The notes beneath the pieces are model-generated. The model saw only the letters and a list, made by a program, of their open reading frames with translations, ran no database searches and was not told the DNA's origin. The position numbers and the translations under genes are program-made. A stretch of DNA of 64,000 bases from Phallusia mammillata (Eukaryota): the NCBI GenBank assembly GCA_965637545.1, contig OZ281499.1, positions 620,001 through 684,000 of the forward strand, written 5' to 3'. Below, in pieces: positions 1-15,200 of the stretch (the first letter of the stretch is position 1; every line of letters begins with the position of its first letter).

Positions 1-126
1 TCGTTATTATTGATATCTGCTGGCACGAACCACCATTATTTTGACAATCGTTGGCACGCGAGGTCATTAACACATGGAAATAACAAGTAAATTGGCACGC
101 GTCGCCTAAAAGGTTGCCGACCCCTG
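1..126. mobile_element. 3' end of a hAT MITE truncated by the window edge
   Basis: Terminal sequence aggttgccgacccctg with repeated tggcacg subterminal motifs. Confidence 0.65.
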
Positions 127-288
127 CATCAAACCTTTCGTCGTTAATTCCACAGGAGAAAAATCCAGAGTTAACCATATCAAGGTGCCTCACCAGTGAA
201 ACTATTCCGTCAGTACGTTAATTTCCGTAAAGTTAGAACAAAAAATGAACCATAAGAGTCGCTCTAGAAACTCACAGCAAATACTCAC

Positions 289-3200
289 ATTGATAGGTTT
301 GATCCTGGACAGGTCAAACACATTGTGCTGCTGATCAGTGAATGAGCAACTTTTATCCGGAACTTCGGGTTTCTTGTCCAGACAAACTACGTCAGTCGGC
401 CACTCGAAGAGGTAAACGCAGTCATCCGTGACCGTCGTCAAGCGGGGATAACCCTAAACAAAGAATCAGTGGCTTTAGGCAAAAATGTGGTTATCAACAA
501 TTCGTTGCACTTCAACAAATTACTGTCAATGCAACAAGAGAGAACTAAGGGAATAATATGAGCACAACACTGGTAACTAGGGATGCGCCGAGCCGAGCCA
601 GAACACGAGTATTCGGTACCGAGCATCACTGTTTTTCATGCTCAATGCTCGGCCGAGCAGTTGCACAAACTGACCCGAGCATTAAATTTGCATATTCATG
701 CCCTGCTAACATACGTAACTAGTGTTCTAAAGGGTGTTTATAAACAAAAACGAATGGTTATTCAAATGCACTAGATGGTGGAAAAACGCGTACTTTATGG
801 GCATGTACAGCTTAAAAAAACACCGCCCGTGACGTAAGAGACCTTGTAGAGCTAAAACGTAGAAAGAGGGATTTTTTGTGACGTCATAATGCATCGAGCG
901 TGCTCGGCCAAACAGAACATTTACTGCTTTGGCACATCCCTACTGGTAAGATTAGCAATAACTAGTGGAACAGAACTTTAACAACTTAAGTACACGACCC
1001 ACGGTTGTAAAATCCTAACCAGAAACAAACAAGCCAATATATTCGTGTAAAACATGACGTTTTAACAGCAACTTGTGTCATTCTGAAATGAATGAATGTA
1101 AAACCAAAAAGCAAGTAAGAAGGGCTAGTACGTGCAAGAATAGGAGGTAAAAACGTGATAACATGTGACTATTTAATCTTATATCAGTGCTATCTGTGAA
1201 AGTTTTTGGCTTGTTTGTTTCTAGTTAGCATTAACCAAATGAGATTTAAAATTCGAAATTTGCACTTCTTATTGCAGTGATTCTGAAACTTTGATTTTTA
1301 ACATGCATAATTTATTTCTCACCTTTCCTGCTGTGGACAAACATGTGAAGATGATTCTTGTTGAAATATTCGAAGTTGGATGAGATTCACAAACTCTTCC
1401 AGTTAAATATTCCAACCCGACCGATCCATTTGTGTAGAAAACATGTCGCTTGGTTGGATCGATGTAGCCGAGTGACTGTTAAAACATTTACATGTTTAAA
1501 TAGATCAATTGAAAACGAGTATGCAGAAAACATTTTTTCAAATTCATTGAACAATAGCAGGAGTCTCTACCATATCTCGCTGAACAGCTGTGGCCCTTAA
1601 ATGTCTTAATTCAGGACATTAAATTATTAAACAAACATTAAGAAATAAGAAAGTTTATTGAAAAACAAGCTTTGTAATAAATATACAAAACAAATGTATT
1701 TCATAAACATATATTTAAAAAACCCTGATCCAATCCTTAGCACATCAAGCCAGAAGCATTAGTGTGTTTCCATCAACAACAAAATTCACATGTTAAAAAA
1801 ATTCTGATGATGTAAACATTTCAGCAAGGTGGCCCATTAAAAGACCCCTGACCAGCGTAAGCAGTTGTAAATGTTACAAGACCTACCTGTGGTTTAGTTC
1901 CATTCTTTGCAGCGCACACTGAAGCCCCAGCTGGACAATTAATGCCATGGATCGGTTCCAATGGTCGGCAGACATTAATGAAGTAAACCGTCCTATCTCC
2001 TTCATCGCCCGATACTGCCAGGTAGTGGCCAGATTCCGATATTAGACTCGACAAGTCGAATACTCGAGGCACTGAAAAATATATGGGACAGTTGAATGTT
2101 GAATCTAAGTTGAGAGAAGTAACACATTTAATCAGTGATCATCGACATGTGATGGCTACTATTACAAACACTGAATGTCGGCACCAAGGTATTGACATAT
2201 TCTCATTATATATAACAACATGAGTGCCAAGCTTACCCAGTCCTTCCATACTGACAACAGCACATGGATATTGCAGTTCACAAGCCAGATGTGTGTGCCA
2301 TGAGAAGTAATAACTGCACGTCTCCTTATCTTCACCAACATACACAGGAGAAGTAGCAGGAGTTGTTGGTTGCTGGAGGTGTGGAGCAGTAGATCGGTGA
2401 CACACAAAACTGATTGTTGTCGATTGTCTGCAACAAACAAAAAAGAATCCTACGATTGTCTTCAACAAACAAAAAAGAATCCTATGATTGTCTCATACAA
2501 AGTAGTTAATTGTTTACTTTACAACAATATATGTAGGAGTTACTTGGCTTCTTGAAAACCCAAAGCTATTAAATTTAATCCGCAACCATCTTGTTGGTGA
2601 AAATTTTACCCAAAATAAAATTTTAAGTAACAATAATATAAAAAGTAAAAATTACAAATAAGAGAATATATTTTTGAAAAGCTGACAAGAACGCATGACT
2701 TTAAAGGAAAAACAAGTTTTTTTTCCACTGGCAAAACCGACAATTACTTATAATACTGGAAAAACTGGAAATTTGACAGTTAAACTTTGAACTATGCTGC
2801 CATGAGATTAATCAAACTTGGTTTCATCCCCAGCATTTCCACTTACTTGTATTTATTATCTGCTTCACACACTGCACCATCCGAATAATGCAGAGATAAA
2901 GATCCTTCGCTGTAGTGGAGCTGGCTTGAAGCTTGCCCAGCCGAGATGTAAGGGCCTTGACGAAGTTTCGCCAAACAACTTCCTAAAAGTAAAAGTTGCA
3001 AACTTGTGTAAACATTAAGTTCACAAATATGTAATTTTTTTACTAGAAATTCACTAGATATCTTTTCAAAAAACTGTCATATAAACAGGAATTCAGAACG
3101 TTGCTTAGTTGGTAAAGCGCGAGTCCCGGAAAGACTCCTGTCGAGGGTTCGAATCCAACGGCAGGCTACTTTTTTCTAGTCTGTGCCTTGTCATGTGGCC

Positions 3201-6200
3201 TTTAATAAGTCTGGCATGCTATGATGTGTGGAATTTAGAGTAAAATATTTTCATGTCCCCATAAAAATTGAAGATTTGACGGGAAATTTGAACAACTTTA
3301 GGGGGTTAAGTTTTGGATAGTTTGCACTTCAACATAATCCATGTATGTCACCTGTTCCATCAGGACAATCATGTTTGTTCAACTTGCGACAAACATTTAT
3401 GTGAAAGAATCTTCCATCATAAGTGTTGACCTCGATATCAGAAGTTGATCCAAGACTTGATAAGTTGAAAGAATGATCTAAACGCAAACAAGTTGTCCAT
3501 AAAATAATTTTATGTTTGTTTAATAAAGATTAAACATTAAAACATTTTTTAAACAATAAACAGTGTTTTTGCTGAAAAACTTCGCACTAAAAATGTCAGT
3601 TTTGCATTTAGTTTGGCCAATTACTTATTCTTTAAATGTCATGCAAAAATAACTAAAAAATGTGTTTTATGGAATTGTCAAAATAAGTGTTCTAAATAAA
3701 CTCGTACTATGCTGGGTATTAAGATAATTACATATATTAACCAAAACTAGAAACAATATCGTTGAAACAAATTAAACATCGCCAACAGTGTTTTAGCTGA
3801 AAAAAATTGCACAAACTTAACACGTTTGCGTTTTAGTTAGGCCATTATCTTATTCTTTTTAAACCAATCATACACTTAAAGCACAAATAATCAGGCAATT
3901 TTCAACATACGTGTTCTGACAAATAAATAGATTACGATGGGTGTTTCAAATGTTACGACAAGAATAACCCAAACTTGAAACAGGTTCAGTGAAACAAATC
4001 AAACTTAACATGAATGTAAACTTAAAGTGCTTACTTTTTTCTTCTTTCATTCACAATTCATACATAAATTCACCATATACAAGTAGATAGGGGTCTTTAT
4101 TGTTATACATGTGCTCTGAAGCAAAAATAAATTGAATTGAATGTAAACACACACACTAACCAGTAGCAGGATTAACAGCAGTGCAAGGCTTAAGCTCATC
4201 TCCCTTAGAAGAAGTTTGGCTTCCCACAGAACAAGCGGCTCTGGTTGCCCACAACATTTGAACAGTGCATGTGTCAGTTGTTATGACGACCGGCGTGGTT
4301 TCCATGGCAGCATCGGCCTTGCATTGAAACGTGATCACGGTTGAGTAGTTTTTCGAAGGGTCGCTTTCACACTTGTCTCCACCGTTGTAAACCAACCGCA
4401 TGGTGTCGCCGTTGAACTCCGGACCGTCAGTCACTTTTCCAAGGCTCATATATCTACGAAATGACAGTAGTAAAAAACTTCATAGTTTTAAGAGCTTACT
4501 TAATCAAAAACAAAATTGAACTTAGTAGTGAAAATAACGGCCCAAATAGACGTAAAAAGCGACATGACTTAAAATGCCATTCTCTGTACTTACTTGTTTC
4601 CATTCTTCACACAAGCAGCAGCGTAAGGCGGACAAGTAACACCTGGTTGGTGCAGCAAGGTTCGGCATACGTTGATGTAGTAGGAGCGCCCTCCAGTGTC
4701 ACCTCTGGTCGATGCTTGATAATTGGAAGTTGCCGAGGAGAGAGTTGAAAGGTCAAACTCTTCACCAAAGTTGTGGCTGGAAATAAACAAGTAAAGTAAT
4801 CGAGAAAATATTCAGTTTGTCAGCAGGAAAACGGTCTAACATTCAATAATCAGTTTTGGTACAACAAATCTTATTAACAGTTCATGATACAGAAGAAAAA
4901 TGGATAGAACATGCTATGCTACAAACTCCTTGGTAACATTTGCATAAACTTTTATTCAACTCAGTTAAGTTACAGTAGTTTTGGATAAATTTAAGCATGA
5001 TTTGCTGATCAAAAATCTACAAACGTTTTGTTTTAAAAAGGAATTCGTGTGACAAATACAATATCAAAACTTCAACAAATTAAATTCAAGTTTCAGCACC
5101 GTTAATATAAAAAGGCAACTTTGCAAGTATGGAGGTTTACACTTGGCTCAACAATTATCAACATTCAACACAATCTTACGTTGCTGTGCAGGGGACGATT
5201 TTGATTGGTGGACAGACTTTGGCAGTTGGCCAATCAAAATGGTAGGTGCAGTCAGCTGATTCGTTGATGAATGTTGGGATTCCATTTGATGAAGCTGTGT
5301 TGTCTTCATGATTGCAGGTGAATCGGAAGATCGATGATCGGTTGAACTGATTGTTGTGGCACGGTTCACCTGTGTAGTGTTAAAACACAATAAATAAGAA
5401 GCACATTAACCCAGTGGTGCACACCGGGGAGGAATTTTAAAACTTTAGGGGAGGATTTTACTTTGATTTGTACATGTGCTTTGTAAGTAGTCACTTTAGC
5501 TCTGGAAATATAACCAGTTAAGTTGATAAAAAAAAGACCCAGTTTCAAATGATCTTTGTATGGTTTAGCATCTACTATGTAGTATATTGGGAAGGGGTAA
5601 AAACATTTTGAATTGTTAAGGAAGGAAACCGTCGAAACAGTTTGGGAGCCACTGCTTCAACCAATCAATCATCACACTTTAAATCACAATGTACTGAATC
5701 AAATTTGCACCAAATATTACCAAATAAAGCATAACACTTGCACCTTAAAACGCACTCACCACCCAAATATTTCAGTGTTACAACTCCATCTTGGTAAGTT
5801 AGATTAGTGCTAGGAATTCCCGCTCGATGCATTTGCTCTCCGACCTTTTTAACCTGACACGAACCCGACCCAACACATTCCCCGGTCGCTTGTTTCAGTT
5901 TAGAACAAATGTTAACGTTGAAATTCCATTCATCACCTGCAGAAAAAAATAAAAGATTTTCAGCTTTAATGTCAAAAATAACTAGAAAGATGGCTTTCCT
6001 ACATATTACCAAATGTCTATATTCTATGTCCTATTCAACAATTTACTAAATATACTTTAAGGGAAAGTGACCTATGAATATCCACTGAAATAAATATGTC
6101 TGAAAATTAAAAGCAATTTGACATAAAAGTTTGCATATCATAAAAAACAGTGTTTGTAATTTATATTTGATCTGGATCTAAATTGTCAAACAGTTTCATA

Positions 6201-9200
6201 GAATTGCAAAATGAGCTGTGATCTAAGTATACTATGCACGGTTTTAAAATCAGAGCCAAACGAATTCCGATGACCTGATGATTACAAATGAAATGCTCGA
6301 GACATAGTCATGCTTTATACACAAATATTGGCTCTGATGTTTTTTACCTAGCTAAGATCTAGGTTTAGCTAAGAACTTGGCACAAAACTTTGCCCATTAT
6401 AAAACAACAGTGTTTGAAATTCAGATTTAATCAGGACTTTAATTTTCAAACAATTCCGTATAATTGCAAAATTTGCTGAAATCTCTGTTTATAAGATTTC
6501 TATCTTACCAGCTGGCACTAAATAATCAGTGGCTTTGTTCAACGACGAGAGGTCGAAGGTCATGTGATAAAGTGGGTCGGTCACTGTGCAGTTGTAACCT
6601 TTGACCTCTTTCACAGGACAAGCTGCAGGGGTCAACCAGGTAAAGAGAAATTCACACGGGTCACCATTAGGTTGCAACACAGGGGAAGCACCTATTTCTT
6701 GGGAGCATTGAAAAATGATTCTGTGGAGTTGGAACATTTAGTTTGAGCAACTATCAAAGCACTATGGTTTACTACAAAAACAGTTTTGTTGCAAATACAC
6801 TTTATACTAATAGTTCATTGTGTAAAAGTTTAAAAGTGAACAATATAAAGCTACATGAAACCCCGGTTAAACCTGATTCGGTTAATCCAGATCTTCGCCT
6901 AACTCTTACAAAACTCAAGGTACAAATGATTTGCAATGTGGTAAGTCTTTAACTAATTGACATCGGTTAATCTGGGTATTTTTTTTCCAAACAGATCTGG
7001 ATTAACCGAAGTTTACTGTATTTCTCTTTTCCAAGCAAAATTTTAACAAATCAAACATATATTCAGTAAATACCTACCAAAAAACTTTTTATAACTTGGT
7101 TTAATACACAGCAAGCTAAGAACGAACTCAAACATTTTACCGTGTTGAATATCGCCGCTTGGTGTCACTCTTACAAATATCGCCCCCCATGTATGTGATG
7201 CTGACTGCCGACCCTTGACCTTGGTTACTAACAGCCTCTGGGTTTGATTGGACAAGCCCGAGGTTATGACCTTTGAACTTTCCACTGTCCAGTTGCTCGA
7301 CAAAACAGGCTCCAAAACCAGAACCTGAAACAGTAAACAAATCTTAATTTACAGTAATTAGGAACAGGAATAGGAGCATAGTAGTGCAGTGTTCCCAATC
7401 GAGGAATTTTAAGACTTGGAATTTACTTTAATTTTTGCATGTGGTTGGTAAATAAACACTTTAGCTCTGGGAATATAACCTGTAAAGCTTGACAAAAGAC
7501 CCAATTTTAAATGATCTTTGTATGGTTTAGCATCTACTATGTAGTATATTAGGGAGGAATGAAAATGTTTTGAATTGTTAAGGTAAGGATTTGACCCTAA
7601 AGTTTGAGAACCACTAAACTAGTAGTTTTATGACAAATTTTGATAACGAAGTCAAATTTCAAGCACACAGTTTGTCATACAAAGATCATAAAAATTAGGA
7701 CGCAGCAAAACAATTAACAACAATTTAATATTAATCTTGCATAAAACTTGTCTTTCAAAAAGCCCAAGACTTTCGTTCTCAGAGGTGTGGTTTGAATTTA
7801 CTGGCATAAGTTCAGGTTTCGATTTAGCTTGCACAGCCAACTATCACAAATTATTTTGGACTTGTTAAACTTTTCCTGATCACAGTATTTCACCTGTGCA
7901 GCCATCAACAGGTGGCAGTGGACGACAAACACTAAGATAAAAACTTCGATGGTGGTCGTCAACAAATGTCCACGGTTTGATGGATTCGGATAACGGAGTC
8001 AAATCAAACTGGTTTCCAAAATCATCTGCAAAACATTATTTCAATCTTAGACCATCACTCCACAGTAGCTTAACATGCCAGAAAAGATAAAAAAAGAAAT
8101 CCCAATGGTTAGTGAGGCATGTTGGTAGTAAAGTCAATGCAGTAGACAATAAGTTTTGCTTGAATAATTGCAAGTTTGGACCACTATACATGGATCCGTT
8201 CGTAAGTTTAATGATAAAATAACTGTTACTGCCATTATCAGTGATATCACTTTTCTGACATATTATTTGGGCTGTTATTTTCCTCATTAAACTTCAAGTT
8301 ATAACTCTCTGGAATTTATACTTGGTATTTTTTCAAAGTAATTGTGTGGGTCGTCAGTAAAAACATGTGAAAACCACAAATCAAGTGAGTATTATTTGTC
8401 AAAACAGACAAGTCAAGAACACTGGCTCATGTTTTTCTTTTCTTTTTCATTTTTTAGTTCAGTGGCAAACACCACTCACCTGTCACAAGGCAATCCACCG
8501 GGTGGGGTTGACAAGCCAGCGATGTTTGAAAGTCAAATAAAACATAATTGCTTCCAACTGTATTTAACGTAGGTTTCCCTTTCGCAATCACCGGGTTACA
8601 AATAAATGAGATTTTGTAAAATTCAAAACCAGTTGTTACGGCTCTGCAACAAATAAATTGGGGCATGAATAAATTTGCAAATACAATGCCATGTTATGCA
8701 AGGGATGAATAACAAGTAGTTATCAAACCAAAATTAATACAAACCTTTTTCTACAACGGTTCAGTTTTACGTTTAATTTTCTTGCCTATATTGCACTTAC
8801 AAGTTTGCTGTTTTTTTGTGTGTCAAATAAAAAAGCAATGGCAAATGACTAACATATTTGCAACAAAGTTAATTAAAGCAACAAGCATAATGTTTTGGAC
8901 AAAACTTTCCAGTAAAAAGGTTCAAATCAGAAATGTTAAAAAAGTACTACAACGTTTGAAAGTTTTATATCTGCTACATCAGCTTTACCTCCTTGTGTAT
9001 TTGATTGACAAACTTCCGTCGTCGGAATATGTAGGAGCGGTATGACTCAGCATATTTTGTGTGAAATTATCCGCAGCAAGTTTTTTACAAGCGGCAAAAT
9101 TAGCCGAGTCAGAAGTCTTACAATCGGTGACGTTTCCACAAACGTTGATCTGAAATAGAGAAAGTCATTAGGACATAAAACATCAGAAACAACTGGAGTG

Positions 9201-12200
9201 CAGATAAGAAGGTTTCAAACAAGCATTAGCTGGATGCAGTTTCAAAAACAAATGTCTTTGATGTTCACAGTTGGTTAACCAAAAACAAAATTGCTATTAA
9301 AATAGCACACAAGTTAAAAATTCTGAAGTCCATCAAAACTATTGTCGTCATCACTGAAATTAAACAACTGTGCTTATGTAGGAATCATCCTAACCAACGT
9401 GTGTCATTACAGATGATGCTAGTTGCGGATAATATGCACTATATAATAAACTAAAGCTTTCATAACACTTACATCAGTCTGTGTATTTTGTGATGAAGTT
9501 TATGTATCAAATTGCATGAAAGATAACTCAGACTGGTTTAAGTGTATTGATAGCTTCAGTTTAGTATAGTCAGTGAAATTTTGGCTATTTAATTGCATAT
9601 TAACACAAGATAAACAAGCAAAGCCAAAATACATCAACCAAGCATCCATTTATTACATGTTACACAAAATACTCAACCCACCTCATATGTTCCCTGCGTC
9701 CCCGTAACAACATACGGGTTGGCAGCGTCACGCACGAGTGGTTGCAGATTGAACATGTGCTGTGAGTTTTTACTGGAAACTTCACATTCTGTTTTATTTC
9801 CAGTGTTAGAAGTTATAATACAAGCAGCCTCAGTATCCCACATGAATGTGGCAGAACATGCGGTGCTCGAGAGAAATCTGTGGGAAAATTTTCAAGTAAC
9901 TTAATTTGCCACCAAATATGTCAACCATCTTAGCAGTTTTCCTAAAATAGTAGCAACCAGTCTTATACACTTTAATGCACAAAGAGATATTTTTTACACA
10001 TAAGAATACATAATACATGACTAGTTAATATGGTTTATCGAGTTTTTCCAAACATTTTTCAACATAACATTTGAGACTTTTCTGATCATTGAATCCACAT
10101 TTAATTTCACTATCAACAACATTAGTTTCCAAGCAACAAAAAATATCAGTGCTAAAAAAATGGTCAAACAAACAGCAGATATAAAAGCTGAGCCAATGTT
10201 ATTGGTTTGAAAAATTCTCCTCATTATCATTGATGCATTCAGATTGTGGGAGAAAACAAATCTTACCTTGGTGAACTGGTGAGAGCACCTTTCTGGCAGA
10301 CAAAATGAATGTTGGTGACAAACTTTCCGGCTTTTCCTCCGTCAACGCACGAACTTCCGTTTGCATACTTCAGTAACAAGTGACCTGGACTCTCGATGAC
10401 AGGCGGCGAAGTCGGACGACCGAGACTCGACACCCCAATTCGCTCCTGTAACGAAGAATCAAATTACCATCTAGAACAATTGTGAAAATGGTTGCCAGCT
10501 TGACTAAAACCAAATTCATATTTCTCATTTTTGTTATGTTTTGACAATTTAGGTTTTAATGTGCTAAAACACATAATTCAACAATGATCAACTGTGAGAA
10601 AACTCATAATTAAAGTTTAACTTTGCGAGATAATTTGCCAAAAATGCTAGGAAAACAAAATGTGCATTAAATCTTGTTTAGTATTCACCTGTCCTTGTGC
10701 ATCAATAGTGGTCTGACATGCTCCAGCGAGTGCATCGCACCCAGTTTCACCGCTGCCCTGAACCTCGTTCACAGGTCGACAAACATTCAAGTAATATTTT
10801 TTACGTGGCTGCAAAAAAACAAACACTGTGGTTGGCTTTATGATCACAGTATACTGCTATAGAGAAGAGAGTAGTACATATTATAATGCACTTGTAAACA
10901 AAATCTGCCTGAAATATTTAATAGTATTTAAAAAATAAAGTTTCTGAGAAACTGTATAATTGATTGCACAAATAAAATGATTCCTATTTATCAATGTAAA
11001 TATTGATTTTTAGATCTCAAGCCTTTGTAAATTGAATATTTTCAACAATTGGTCTTGCACAGAAATCACCAAAAACAAGAAACAAGTTACGAAACATCCC
11101 AAACTCCCAACCTGTCCATCCTGGCTGTCTCCCATCACCGTCCAATTTTCATCCTCATCATCTTCTGATTTAGCGAGGCTCGATAGATCGTACTGATCAC
11201 CTGACGATGGGTCGGTCGCCATGCATTGTGTTGATGCGGCAGGACAAACATATGATGTGTACCTACAAATGTGTTGTGTTGTGCGGTTGAAAGGCTGTGT
11301 TGTTAAGATGTCAACTTATAGCTTTAATATACTAATAACACAAGCTAGTAGCCACACAAGCATGTTATGTTTTGTGTTTTTATGCTTTTGTCGACTTGTT
11401 TTAAGACATGCCATTGTCCTGACGAGGGTGTCTCATATGGGATGTTGAAACGTCAGTAGTATATAAAAACTGCTGGAAGAGCGATATTGGTTACCACTGA
11501 CAATACTTTGACGACAAAACATAGCACTATATTGGGCAAATCATGGAGAACTCTGATATATGGAAACAATAAATATAAGATTCTAAATTGGCAGAATAAT
11601 TCGATTCCTTTTAGGACAAATTTGACAAAAAGGAGGTTAGGCCAAAACAATAGAAAAGTGTTTCATCAATGTTAAACTTGAATATGTACAAATTAAATCA
11701 ACAATCATATTTTTCTGACCAGTTAAACAGATATGTGTAATTTCCTTCGCTGACAAACTGTGGATGACCGGCTCCAGCCTTTGTGTCACATAGAAATGAT
11801 ATTTGGGTGGAGCGGTTGTGAAGATGATTTCTATAAGAGTCTCCGTCTTTGTACAGCAGTTTTACAAATCCATTGTAGTAGGTAAGAACTTCTGCATACA
11901 AAATATAAACAGTATTTTTTCCTGAGTTTGATATAAAGGGCGTACCTATCATCTCATATATTATACCACTTAAGCTATCATGAGATATTAACCTAAAAGT
12001 GTATCAAAGTGTTTTACTAACATTTGTAAATACCAATGAAAGCAAAACCTCAAATTTTTCTATTTTAGGCCAGCAACAGGTCTACTTAAAATTTCTTCAA
12101 TTAAACGATCAACAAAACATAAAATACTCATGGTTTGAACAACACACTAATCTTCCAGAAGTTTTTACACCAACAACAGTTTAATAAACTGTCTCAAGCA

Positions 12201-15200
12201 CTTAATTTAACAATCTTAATAAATGACAATTTCAACTAACGTGAGCTTTGTCCGGTGGTGTAGGCATGTTTTTCCCCTCTCTGTTCCACCTGGCAAGTTG
12301 CAGGGCGACCAGTCTTGTCGTTGTTATTGCATGGAGTACCCGACAACTTGTCACACACGTTCAAGAAATAATCATATTGAGCAGTTGACACCTGAATTAT
12401 GTGAAAAATTTGTTTGCAATTTATTTTTGTGTGTCACTTCTATACAGTGGTGGGATTCAAATTCAGCCTGTTCTATCACAAAAGTCATATTTTGCAGTCG
12501 GTTCTGTTACAAAAAGTCCATTGACAGTAACCAGTAATGCCAACCGGTTTGCTGATCTCATAAAATTTCGTGAGACGGTTCTATAGAAGCGGTGCGAACC
12601 GGCTGAATCCCACCACTAGTTTAGTTGTATCAAAAACATACACACAAGTTGCTAAAGGACCTGACATACCAAAGCAAGGTAAAGCATAAGTAACATGGCA
12701 AGCAAAATGAATAAAATTACAAAGTATCAAACATTTGAGACAAGATTACATGACTTTGTGTTACCATAAACAACTAATAAAGTTACAACATTTTACCACA
12801 TACCAAGCAAGCTCAGCAAAAACTGTTTAAAACGTTGCAAGGTTTAAACAAAAAATCCCTGTTTAAAACGTTGCAAGGTTTCAAACTGCACCTTGTACAT
12901 TGGCTCCTTGGTAGATTTTGTCAAACGCCGGAGGTCGAAGGTCAGTCCTGATTCTTCATCTGACACAATGCAGTTGTCACCAGTTACGGCTTTCATCAGA
13001 CAAGCTGCTGCCGTGTACCAAGTTAAGTGGAGATTACAACCGTCACTCGACATGTATTTCACCACTGGACTGCCTTCCAAATCACCTTTATATGTGAAAA
13101 TATATGTAGTGTATTTGTAAGCAGTGTTGGGATTCAGCCGGTTAGCACTGGTTTTATACAACTGTCTCACGAAATTTTATGAGATGAGCGAACCGGTTAG
13201 CATTACTGGTTACTAGGGATGGGCCAAAACTGCAAATGTTCTAATTCACCTTCACATGTGAAAAATAAATGCATGAGGTTAATGAGTGAAATTAACATTA
13301 AACAAACATAAAATAAGACTGTGATAACGACATAGAGGTAATTCAGCAAAGAGCTCTGGAAGTGGCTTGAGATTAAATTTAAGCTTGCAACATTAGCCTT
13401 TCCAGGGCATGACGTAGTGCTGTTAATTCAGCCAGTATAGCATGGTTAAGTGAACACAAAAAACACCTTAAGTTCACGAATGCATGGGATTCAAGGTTGT
13501 TCTGGATCCATCTAGCATAGTTAAGGTTACATAACTACTCATATCATTAGTAGAAAGTCTTGTTCTTAAAATGAAATTTCCATGTTATGTGTTTACCTGC
13601 TCTACAATACAATGTGATTGTTGTTGTTCGGCCAACTCCAGTTTCTGGGCAATTTTCACCAGACGAATAAATTAAAATAAGTTTGTTGTTCTGAAATAAA
13701 AATAAAGCTTTTAACCTTGTCAAGTGGTCTTTTAAAAACAAACACAAATTTTCAGCATGATAATATTGTGAATTTATCTATTTATCTTATCTCACAAAAA
13801 CACTGCTTGCTTGGCAACAATTAAGTTCAATTTACTTAAACTGCCATATTTTAATCCAGGGTTATTTAATACACTATTATGCCTTGATGCGATGTTCAGG
13901 GGTAATTGCAATTTTGCCATTTACACTGGAGAATAAATATATTCCATACCTGTCTTGTGATGTTATAATGAGCAAACGACCCAAACGAAACATGTTTACT
14001 TCCTGAGATTCGGCAAACAGCGGAACCAGCGAGGCACGAATTTGTCACTTGATCCCGGAGTATTTCACTACAAAGAAAATTAGGGAACAGTTTGATAAAG
14101 ACACCAAGAACCAGAAAATAAGTACTACACAAATCTCATAGTTTAAGTTAACTATAATTTTGTTCAAGGCAACTCTATAACAGCATGTTTATGAACAGCA
14201 ATCAATAGAGCTTTGAAAAGCAGCCTGTATACAAAAAAGGGAAAATATGCCAACATTTAAGCAACACTTTCGATTGTTACATAAATGTGTACATAGCAAG
14301 TATGTCAACATTTCAAAAAAATTTTTGATGTAAAACTTTTGTGTGCATTGCTACGGAGAGAATCACGTACATGCACGTGAAAACATATAGCAGTGTGATT
14401 TAATTTTTTTTCATTTCAACTCACCCACAAACATTGACAAAATATCTCGGTTGTGTTACGCCACTTTTTACATCGCTCCTTAACGCTTCCCAATTCTCAT
14501 CACCTCCACCTGAAAATAAGAGGTTAAATATCAGGAAAAACTAATCTTTTTACCACAATGTAAATATTCTGAAACTTGCCTTGTATTTTGGTCAAAGGTG
14601 AAAGGTCAAATGTTTGACCTTGACTGTCGGTCACATGACAAACAGGTTGACTAACACAGGCGTACTCAGTTTGCCAGTCGAAGTAATAAACACAATGAAG
14701 TTCATGGTTAAAAGTTGGTTGACCAACTCCTGTGGAACAAACAAACAAATTGACACGTTTATACTTAAACTTAGGCATGAAGTAAATTGTACCTAACATG
14801 TTTAAGAAGTTTTCATGCAGCAACACATTTTGTCATCAAATTATTGTGGTATTGTTTGTGTTAAGCATCAATTTCAAGAAATAAAATACACAGTGGACAA
14901 CATAAACAACAGAACACACTCTTTTTGACCCTTTGCTCAAACATAATGTTTGTTACAAAAGCAAAGCAACATTCGGATACAATTAAGTCAGCTTCAGACT
15001 GTACACAGTGTTTTGGCCTTGATCTGTATGTACATTATGCAGATAAAGTATGTTATTTGTATGATTTACCATAAAACAGGCAACTCAAACTAGAAAAATT
15101 GATACACAAATTGCTAGAAAAGCTAGGCCAGTTTATACAGCACTTACAAACAGCCATTTATACGTAAATCTTTTCAACTATGGAGAAAAATAAAATGGAA

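Noticed and set aside
3094-3175. Possible tRNA gene
   Set aside because: A and B boxes are present, but there is no complementary acceptor stem or clean anticodon arm, and it continues into a repeated body: a SINE.
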